A stretch of DNA of 64,000 nt from a virus (Duplodnaviria; Caudoviricetes), in the IMG/VR virus record IMGVR_UViG_3300035522_000179, positions 96,001 to 160,000 of that record; one strand, 5' to 3'. Position 1 is the first letter of the stretch, and each line of letters begins with the position of its first letter. Of this stretch, positions 56,667-64,000 are shown piece by piece. The notes below the pieces were generated by a model. The model did not search any database, had not been told where the DNA came from, and saw nothing but the letters and a program-made list of their open reading frames with translations. The translations under genes were made by a program, and so were the position numbers.

Positions 56667-57392
56667 TTATTTATGAATTGCTTCATTTACATAAGTATCG
56701 ATATCAGATTCCTCCACAATATCCAGTCGGTCATTCTTGGATTTGTAACAAATGTAATTCCCAAAGGGACTTTCCGGATCTCCACCATTGTCTTTTACAA
56801 TGATGACACAATCCACTCCAAGAAGTTCAATGACCGTTTGCCAAACCACGGTAGAGATTTTTGTATCTCCATTGATGGTCTGAAAGATATTGGAGAAAGC
56901 ATAAGGTTTTGATAACTTCTTTCGATATCTTGCAGTTGAAGTTTTCTTAATAAGGAAGATGGTTTTAATAATCTTCTTTAAGAAATCATCCTCGGGTTTA
57001 ATCTCCGGCACATAAATCGAGGTAGAACTAGATGCCGGAGTAATCACCGTACTATCTACAAAGTTCATATCGTCAGTTGTCTTTGATAAAATCAAATTCA
57101 AACTGTTATTACACATTTCATCCACACTGATTTCGTCTTTGTTGATGACGCTGAAATCTGTTTCGATTTCATCATGTCTATCATATCGGATAGACGGGAA
57201 AATTGCATATCTCCCAATTCTAGCTCCTTTGGGATTATACATCCAAACACGGTTGTTATAGATGTATCCATAGCCATCCCGTAAAATCTCTTTTGGTGTT
57301 GAGAGAAAATTTCCCAATACCGTGAGCACATTTCCACAGCGATTTACATACTGTGGAAAGGAAACTTCACGTTCTTCTTTCTTCTTTCCCAT
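56667..57392 (-). CDS. hypothetical protein (241 aa), possible C-terminal DNA-binding domain
   Basis: GGGAG RBS; DDFLKKIIK..helical C-terminal region. Confidence 0.75.
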   Translation of the reverse strand: MGKKKEEREVSFPQYVNRCGNVLTVLGNFLSTPKEILRDGYGYIYNNRVWMYNPKGARIGRYAIFPSIRYDRHDEIETDFSVINKDEISVDEMCNNSLNLILSKTTDDMNFVDSTVITPASSSTSIYVPEIKPEDDFLKKIIKTIFLIKKTSTARYRKKLSKPYAFSNIFQTINGDTKISTVVWQTVIELLGVDCVIIVKDNGGDPESPFGNYICYKSKNDRLDIVEESDIDTYVNEAIHK

Positions 57393-57412
57393 TGCATTTT
57401 AACTCCCATTCT

Positions 57413-58096
57413 TTAATAATCATTACTCGGTATTTCGTCAAAGTAAGCATCTGGTGTGATTGCAAATTGATAGAGTAAGGGAATTATCATATTCATAATC
57501 TTTGGTGTTTGAAGATTATCCAAAGCTTCATACAATAATCTCCCCTCATCATATGTTACGTCCGCTACAGTACTAATTCCTGCAATCATAATTCGGAATC
57601 CTTCATAAGAAGGCATGATTACCGAGTTTTCGTTGTCTGTTCCAAATACTCTTCCCTTTACCACTACATATTCCATAGTCACCATCCGATTGTTAATCGG
57701 GCATTTCCTCGATAAAGAGAATGCAACATCTTTATTCAAGAGCAGTTCTCCTTTTGCGTAGTAGTAAAGATTTCTGGTTTTCATATTTTTTACCATATCG
57801 AAAACCATATCCTTTAAAAGCATTACTCCGATAGACGATAAAGACAAAGATGTTTGAGAATTAAATCTTCCTGTTTCATCTTTTAAATTGAAGCAGACAC
57901 TAAAGTTTGGAGATAAATTGACATAAGGTTCTCCAAGATTTCTAACTACTTGAGCCGTCGGTCTATCTACCATATGTCCAAACTTATTCTTCTCAGTTCT
58001 CAATAATCGCAATCGGATTCTAATGCTAATATCTGGATGAATGAAAGGGTAATCCATAAACAACTTAATCGGACGTTCCTTTTGAGGTTCCTCCAT
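57413..58096 (-). CDS. hypothetical protein (start revised to ATG 58096)
   Basis: GAGGAGG RBS before MEEPQKE. Confidence 0.75.
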   Translation of the reverse strand: MEEPQKERPIKLFMDYPFIHPDISIRIRLRLLRTEKNKFGHMVDRPTAQVVRNLGEPYVNLSPNFSVCFNLKDETGRFNSQTSLSLSSIGVMLLKDMVFDMVKNMKTRNLYYYAKGELLLNKDVAFSLSRKCPINNRMVTMEYVVVKGRVFGTDNENSVIMPSYEGFRIMIAGISTVADVTYDEGRLLYEALDNLQTPKIMNMIIPLLYQFAITPDAYFDEIPSNDY

Positions 58097-58481
58097 TTTC
58101 TTCTTCCTCCTCAACAGGTATGATTTCATTTACAATGTAGTTCGAATCGTTTGAATGAGTGACTCTATCCAATACATTGCAGATGCTTCCGACATACGCC
58201 ATAACAATTTCCGGAACTTTATCTGGAGTCTTTTCATCTAAGCATACCTGAATTGCATCATCTGTCCATTTTTTAACATATACCAATTTTCTTATCGTCT
58301 TTTTAATCAAGCGCTTCGTATATAGATTCAGGATGAAATAGAAGAACGTACATGCGATTTTGATGACAAATGTCACAATCAAATATGCCAGTACCGTAAT
58401 AATTATCGTAATCAAGATCGGATGAAAACCTGCATCTAATAAGATCAGTGCAAGATTTGCAATTTGATTAATGATATTCAT
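58065..58481 (-). CDS. membrane protein (138 aa)
   Basis: AAAGGA RBS; long N-terminal hydrophobic stretch. Confidence 0.7.
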   Translation of the reverse strand: MNIINQIANLALILLDAGFHPILITIIITVLAYLIVTFVIKIACTFFYFILNLYTKRLIKKTIRKLVYVKKWTDDAIQVCLDEKTPDKVPEIVMAYVGSICNVLDRVTHSNDSNYIVNEIIPVEEEEENGGTSKGTSD

Positions 58482-58516
58482 TTTTCTTTCCTTTCCTTTG
58501 AGGTAGAAGAGTATTG

Positions 58517-60695
58517 CTACTCTTCTACGCCGTCCTCATACTCTTCGGAATCTATGATTCCTGTTTCGTGCTCTGCTACCATATCCGGTTCTTTCTCGAA
58601 GATTACCGTAGGAGCATTCCTGTCTACTGCATAGACTCTGATATCATCGTCTAAGAAATGCTCTACATAACACATCACATCGTAGTAATCCTCTTTGGTT
58701 TCAAACTCCACCATGATAGCATCTTTTCCTTCTTCTTTAAAGACGCGGTTCAAATCCTTCATGAAATCAACCAAGAAGGAATCTGGTTCCCCATCGTTAT
58801 TGAAGTACAATCCTTTTATCTTACTAAAAGGTGATAAAATACCGCTTGTGCCTGGCAAATGTATTTTCTACATTTAGATTATATCTTCATCTACTCTAAT
58901 CTATTACCAATTAAAGTAGAGCTCTCCGTTTGGGATTTTTGATCTATACTATAAATATAATATATCTCTCACCTACATTTCGTCCTATGATTGGACCTAC
59001 TCGCTTCGTGTAAGTATTTCAACTTACCTTATTTTCAAACCACCTAGAATAATCTATTTCGATATTTCTATCAATATGGTTGTCTAGCTTTCCCTAATCG
59101 TTGAAGCCATATCTCATCATTGTGAGATACTTTCTTGCGTCGATTGTCTCTATTCTTTACCTTTTTACTATACCTTTGGAGTTACCCATTGCCACTAGAT
59201 ATGTTACCATTCTAGTTTAGTAGTAAAGACTTAACGAGTTCGTTCCCGCAATTAGAAGAGAATTGAAACTGTTATTCACATAACAGCCTGACCCTTTATG
59301 CTGATCAGAATTGCCACAAGTTAGTAAATCAAATTCACTGATATAACTCGGATGAAGTCCACGGTATCTTGCTGAAATATTATTTCCGTTTTTGTTACCA
59401 AGAGAGTGCTCACCCTTTGATGTCCATTTGAACTTCGAGAAGAAGTCCATGTCGTTAATACAGTCATTGAAACGAAGGATTCCACTGGAATGCATTTTGG
59501 AAATAAGTAGTGACCCCGGGAACTTGAATATATCCACAACGTTTTCCAATGTCGCTTTCGAACCCATATTAATGATTCGATTCAAGCGAATTGAAAACTC
59601 TTTGGTCAAAAGAGATGCAATCTGTTCGTTACAGCGTAATCTCTTATTATCCAAATCCAAGTTGTCTTTCATTCGAAGTTGATTGAATTCCATCATTGCC
59701 CATCGGATAATCGCATACACATCTTTCTTATGATATTTATTCACCATCAAGATTCTTCTTGTGGTTTCATCCAGCATTCGGTTGAACGACGTTAAGGTAT
59801 CCAATCCTTTCTCCAAGGTGTTCGATGGAGTCAACTTCTTAATGAACTGCTCTTTGTTATTCACCATAGAAAGATCAAATCGATTTGTCAGGATTTCCAT
59901 CACACCCGCTGCAACACCCTGGACATATTGATACTTATCAAACATCTCCTTATGTACTTCTAAGAAGCATTTGGAAGAGATTTGAAAGTAAATATATCCT
60001 TCTTTTCTATTATCTAACGAAGGAATCAGTTTCATAATGGAATCTACCTTCATATAGATTAGGGCGTATTCAATTCCCATTTGGGATGCAACGAATAGCA
60101 TAATGTCGGTCTCTCTATGGAAGACAAACGTTCGAAATACCGGGAGCAGATATCCTGTTCCATCTACATCTGTGTAGTAGATTGGTACTCGTTTGATAAC
60201 CACTGGCATCAGAGATTTCACAACGGTAGACATGGACGTAGTGTACGTTGATTTTTCCAGTAACTGGTAAATCAAATAATACTTTCTCCCGTTGATAAAC
60301 AAATATCCATCATCATCTGTGATGGGAATCAACATGTCTTTATTGATTCGTTTCTCTCTTACTTTTTCCAAGCCAGTCTTTGGATCTTTCTCTGTAATAC
60401 TGATTAAGAGATGTACCGTAAGAAGACCAACCCGATCATCGTTGATTAACTTATAATCGTATTGGTATTTCTTTGGTACTTTCTTGTTTCTTTTGAAGAT
60501 ATGACGGTTGATGTCAATCTCGGATTCTTTGGTATTGTATTCATAACCTAAGAACTTGATGTACTTTAACACTTCCAAAGACTTCCATGCGTCGACTACA
60601 TATTCGACTAAGTCTCCGTCTGCTTCTTTGTTCATCAGTTGGGTGTTTAGATTTTTCTCATAGTCACCAACGTAGTCTGATAAATATTCGAGCAT
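58517..60695 (-). CDS. rpoB: non-virion RNA polymerase beta N-terminal subunit, spliced (exon1 60695-59304, exon2 58855-58517; 576 aa)
   Basis: DGYLFINGRKY..Q; DLDNKRLR; KGEHSLG..RGLHPSY..DL; exon join gives CGNSD|PGTSGILSPF. Confidence 0.88.
58856..59303 (-). mobile_element. group I intron (448 nt, no ORF), IA-like
   Basis: 5' exon ends in U and intron ends in G; P1 UCUGAU/GUCAGG; R element UCAACGAUUA (59104-59095); S element AAGAUAUAAUCU (58887-58876); P9 AAAUGUA-gaaaa-UACAUUU immediately before the terminal G. Confidence 0.9.
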
Positions 60696-60849
60696 TTTAT
60701 TCTCCTTTCTTTTTGTTCTCCACTAAAATAATTTATCATTTCAAATATTTTTCCATATAAAAAATGAAAAATCATTAGAAGTTACGAAGATAACTGATTG
60801 CTAGAGAAATCGATCAATCAAATCTCTCTAGCAATCAAGTCCAGGAATC

Positions 60850-61569
60850 TTACTCGTTCGGCTTCGTTGCCTTTCCATCATCCTTGATGGTGAGCTTATC
60901 GTACACATTGGGTTTAAAGGATATCTCAACTCCATCCTCTAAAATCCTTGCGTAAACATCATAACATCCTGCCATGTTAATCCGATGCTCAAAGACGTCA
61001 AGTTCTGCTCTTTTTAACTTCATATACTCAACGACTTTGTCATGGATCAGACAAAATAAGGGCATAATAATCTCCGGATTCGCTGACTGAATATTCAGTC
61101 TTGACTGAAGCTTCTCCGTTGCCGCCTTGGTAATCGCTTTGATCGGCGTAATGGACTGGGTAATGTTTGCCTCGTTCCACTGGGTACAACGAACTACTGA
61201 ACTAGGCTCATTCTCATCCACATCCGTCAACTTGTTATTCTCAATATGTTTCATGTAAATCATGAAGTTTCCAAGTTTCTCCATGTCGGAATTTTCTTCG
61301 ACATCAAAACTTGTGGTGTAACCAATCTCCAGTCGATTTGCAATGTTGATCTTAAGAGTTTCTTTGGTTGCCTGAATCTCTTTTAAATACGCCATGATGC
61401 AATCGAAGATGGTTGCATAGATTGCAATCGGTACATAGCTGGCACCCAGCCGAATCTTCAACTTCTGATAGATTACCGGATTTGCCATTTCTCCTATGGA
61501 CTCGACTTCCTCTCTGTCTTCTACGACGATTTCATTAAATACCTTTTCTGCCTGAGTCATCCTCTTCAC
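60850..61569 (-). CDS. hypothetical protein (239 aa), possibly HU/IHF-like DNA-binding
   Basis: Two similar halves (KINIANRLEI / RINMAGCYDV); terminal ISFKP..K.TIKD. Confidence 0.6.
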   Translation of the reverse strand: MKRMTQAEKVFNEIVVEDREEVESIGEMANPVIYQKLKIRLGASYVPIAIYATIFDCIMAYLKEIQATKETLKINIANRLEIGYTTSFDVEENSDMEKLGNFMIYMKHIENNKLTDVDENEPSSVVRCTQWNEANITQSITPIKAITKAATEKLQSRLNIQSANPEIIMPLFCLIHDKVVEYMKLKRAELDVFEHRINMAGCYDVYARILEDGVEISFKPNVYDKLTIKDDGKATKPNE

Positions 61570-62168
61570 TCACCTTTCCTGATTCCGCCATAAATGTGAC
61601 GGTTCGAAATTTTCTCTGATGAATTGTTCGCATCGGCAGTCTGATAATATCCAGGAACGTGCTGTTTATAAGACGGAGAATGATAATTGTTTCCGTAAGG
61701 TTTCTTACGCTGACCTCCATTTCCATATTTCTTTCCGGAATTATGGTTGTCGAATTTCCTCTTCCCCTGGAATTTCTTCTTATACGCTTCTGCCTTTTTC
61801 TTCTTTGCTTCTTCTTCTGCCTTTGCGAACCATTCCATCTCATTTAATAATATATCTTTCAAATAGTGAAGTGAGATATCCGGTGAGTTCATGGTAGAAT
61901 TTTCAAACAAGAGAGAAAGGTTTCTTCCGTTAATGATAAAGGTGGTAATCGCCTGATGATTCTCAAAAACGTAAAGAGCAATCTTAGTATCTTTCTTTCC
62001 GGCTTTCTCATCTTTATGGGATACCCGGAAAATCACGGAAAAGCTTCCTGCAGATTCCTCTTTCTTATCATTTATTTCGGTAGTAATTTTCAGTTTCTCA
62101 TGGGTGTTTAAAACCTTCATCAAATCATTGAGCTTCTCCACCCATGCGTCTTTGTTCATAAGTTTCAT
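61566..62168 (-). CDS. hypothetical protein with basic low-complexity tail
   Basis: AAGGAAAG RBS; K/G/N/Y-rich C-terminus. Confidence 0.75.
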   Translation of the reverse strand: MKLMNKDAWVEKLNDLMKVLNTHEKLKITTEINDKKEESAGSFSVIFRVSHKDEKAGKKDTKIALYVFENHQAITTFIINGRNLSLLFENSTMNSPDISLHYLKDILLNEMEWFAKAEEEAKKKKAEAYKKKFQGKRKFDNHNSGKKYGNGGQRKKPYGNNYHSPSYKQHVPGYYQTADANNSSEKISNRHIYGGIRKGE

Positions 62169-62205
62169 AGTAATCTTTCCTTTCCTTATTTATTTTCTGT
62201 GGAAA

Positions 62206-62814
62206 TCAACTATCAAAAATAATGTCTTCCGTGTTAAACATGTCAACGGTTACCACGGTACTCTTGCTCTCTACTTTCGCTTTCGCTTCCGAAGGAGTGA
62301 TGTTCCAGGATTTCGCAATGGAATCATAAATGTCTTGCCCGGAAAGAAACTCAGCAAACTTAAGAACAACGTTATTTTCATCAACGTGTGAAAAAGATGC
62401 ATAAACAAGTAAGTTCTCGATGGCATATTCCACGTTGGATCCAAACTCATCCATGCAAGCAATATTCACTCGGTAAATTCCAGGAGGAGTATTTGTGTTA
62501 AGAAGATCTCCAATCTTTGAAGCATCTGTTTCATACCAGATAGCAAGATCTCCTTTCTTTTTCTTCCCTCCAAATCTCCTGTTCAATTCTTTCTCCAAGG
62601 AGGGAGATTTCTTTTTCTTCTTTTTCTTCTTCTTTGAAACATCATTAAAGAAGATATCATGTTTTTTGGATTTCTTTGAAGTTACTACTTTCGTAGATTT
62701 TCCAAAGACTTTGCTGTAATCACTCATAGATTTAATTCCTTTCGTGGTATTTTTATAGCTAAATAGTTGTCGTTTCATTAATGAAAATTTAGTAGGGGTG
62801 AAGATAAACTCCAC
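62206..62814 (-). CDS. Lys-rich hypothetical protein
   Basis: Poly-K tract; start uncertain (possibly 62727). Confidence 0.7.
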   Translation of the reverse strand: MEFIFTPTKFSLMKRQLFSYKNTTKGIKSMSDYSKVFGKSTKVVTSKKSKKHDIFFNDVSKKKKKKKKKSPSLEKELNRRFGGKKKKGDLAIWYETDASKIGDLLNTNTPPGIYRVNIACMDEFGSNVEYAIENLLVYASFSHVDENNVVLKFAEFLSGQDIYDSIAKSWNITPSEAKAKVESKSTVVTVDMFNTEDIIFDS

Positions 62815-62830
62815 CCCGCCGTATGGTCAA

Positions 62831-63391
62831 TCAATCTTCTTCGTTGTCCTCTTCCTCATCATCATCTTCCTGAGGAGAATCATTCATCATTTCTGCTTCC
62901 ACCCGCTCATTCACATACTCATCATGCAGGATGTAATTGATCAAGGAATCCTCCAGATCGGAATAACTTGCTTTCTTGATCTTGGATCCATACATGATCT
63001 TTGCGATCTCTTCCTTATCTGCAGATTTGGAAAGATCGTTCAAATAATCTCTGAAGGTTATGGAATCCTCACCGGGACGAAAAACCGTAGGAAACTGCTT
63101 TGGAGTCTTATACACCAGTACATCATGATCTTTTCCATCCTTACGAAACTCCAAGGAATAAATTCCTTTCGCATCGGACTTTAAGAACTCTCCATAATTC
63201 CCGACACTTTTCCCCTGCTCTTTCTTAGAATCATACTTCTTTAAGTGCTCCTTGTTTTTATTCGGGAACACCTTAGACTCTTTGGAATGAGCAGGTTTCT
63301 TCTTGTCTTTCTTTTTGTCTTTCTCCTTTCCCTTCTTCTTTTTCTTTTCTCCTTCGTTCATATCGAAGATTGACCAATACTCTTTACCCAT
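62831..63391 (-). CDS. charged hypothetical protein (basic N-terminus, acidic C-terminus)
   Basis: AGGAGG RBS. Confidence 0.75.
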   Translation of the reverse strand: MGKEYWSIFDMNEGEKKKKKGKEKDKKKDKKKPAHSKESKVFPNKNKEHLKKYDSKKEQGKSVGNYGEFLKSDAKGIYSLEFRKDGKDHDVLVYKTPKQFPTVFRPGEDSITFRDYLNDLSKSADKEEIAKIMYGSKIKKASYSDLEDSLINYILHDEYVNERVEAEMMNDSPQEDDDEEEDNEED

Positions 63392-63427
63392 TTTCTTTTC
63401 CTCCTATTTTGGGATTTTCTTTATAAT

Positions 63428-64000
63428 TTATTTGGAATACTTCTTAAGAAGTTCTTCCTTTAAATTATCAATTGGTATAATTTCTACTCCTCGTTTGATT
63501 GCCGCAGCGGTCTTCGAGGAAGATACGGATAAGTCAGGGACAACACAATAGGTGGTATCATTTGTAATCGAGTTTACCGTTTTACCGCCAAGGGATTCAA
63601 TAAACTCTTCCATCTCTTTATCCCTAATCTTTGTAAAGCAGACAGTGAATTTTGTATTTGCAGTATTCTCATGATAGATCTCCAATTCTTTCATTAAGAA
63701 CTTAATCAGAGATTTGTTGTCTTTGATTCCTTTGATTAATGCATTGGCTTTCTTTTCTCCAATACCATTGACCAACGTAAGAATCTCTTCATCTCCTGCT
63801 TTTACAATATCAAACAGATCATTGATCGTAAACATCTGAAGAATCTTTGCAAAGTTCTTCTCTGCAAGTCCGTCAATTCCAATTGCTCCAAGAAGTGCAT
63901 AATCCGGAACTCTTCTTTTACTTTCAATCTGGTTTACCCAGTTATCGAACGAAACTTCTCCAAATCCTGGATGATCTACGATCTCATCCTTATGATCTTT
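63428..64000 (-). CDS. ligA: NAD-dependent DNA ligase, C-terminal part (HhH + BRCT), truncated by window edge
   Basis: Frame open to 64000: PGFGEVS..LLGAIGIDGLA..NGIGEKKA HhH motifs; VCFTK..GGK..SSSK..A..GVEII BRCT. Confidence 0.88.
   Translation of the reverse strand, partial: KDHKDEIVDHPGFGEVSFDNWVNQIESKRRVPDYALLGAIGIDGLAEKNFAKILQMFTINDLFDIVKAGDEEILTLVNGIGEKKANALIKGIKDNKSLIKFLMKELEIYHENTANTKFTVCFTKIRDKEMEEFIESLGGKTVNSITNDTTYCVVPDLSVSSSKTAAAIKRGVEIIPIDNLKEELLKKYSK

Noticed and set aside
58517-58858. Stand-alone 113-aa gene with TTG start
   Set aside because: The G of TTG is the intron terminal G and there is no RBS; it is exon 2 of the RNAP beta-N gene.
61846-61854. TATATTATT copy inside a CDS
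   Set aside because: Intragenic and far from a start codon; could be chance in AT-rich DNA.
1-64000. Stop-codon reassignment, tRNA/rRNA genes, phage-nucleus shell or tubulin genes
   Set aside because: Standard code 11 gives dense, intact genes with TAA, TAG and TGA all used as stops; no such RNA or protein signatures were recognised by eye (tRNAscan and HMM searches would be needed to exclude them).

Overview
This window is a gene-dense, AT-rich segment of a jumbo myophage of the AR9/PBS1/phiKZ-related type. The host is probably an anaerobic Firmicute, inferred from strong AGGAGG Shine-Dalgarno sites and the anaerobic ribonucleotide reductase NrdD. Core genes include: two non-virion RNA polymerase subunits (beta'-N and beta-N), each split by an ORF-less group I intron at a conserved motif (NAD|FDGD and NSD|PG); a 1633-aa virion RNAP beta-like subunit; the N-terminal half of a split family B DNA polymerase; NrdD with two inteins; an SF2 helicase; the 3' end of an NAD-dependent ligase; an AAA+ ATPase; a gp25-like baseplate protein; a gp26-like chaperone with a probable -1 frameshift extension; and a block of paralogous putative internal head proteins. 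Two promoter classes can be read directly from the intergenic DNA: TATATTATT (early-type) and AACA-N6-TA (AR9 late-type). The most unusual element is a family of divergent late proteins that all end in the same ~32-aa C-terminal module (KESVEDIKLEIYESCRYGEISEEE..LL.MI). There are 4 intact copies and 1 decayed copy, with DNA-level mosaicism between them, which suggests a recombinogenic, protease-cleavable capsid-loading tag system. No tRNA, rRNA, CRISPR array or reverse transcriptase was seen. Product calls come from motif recognition by eye; no database search was run.
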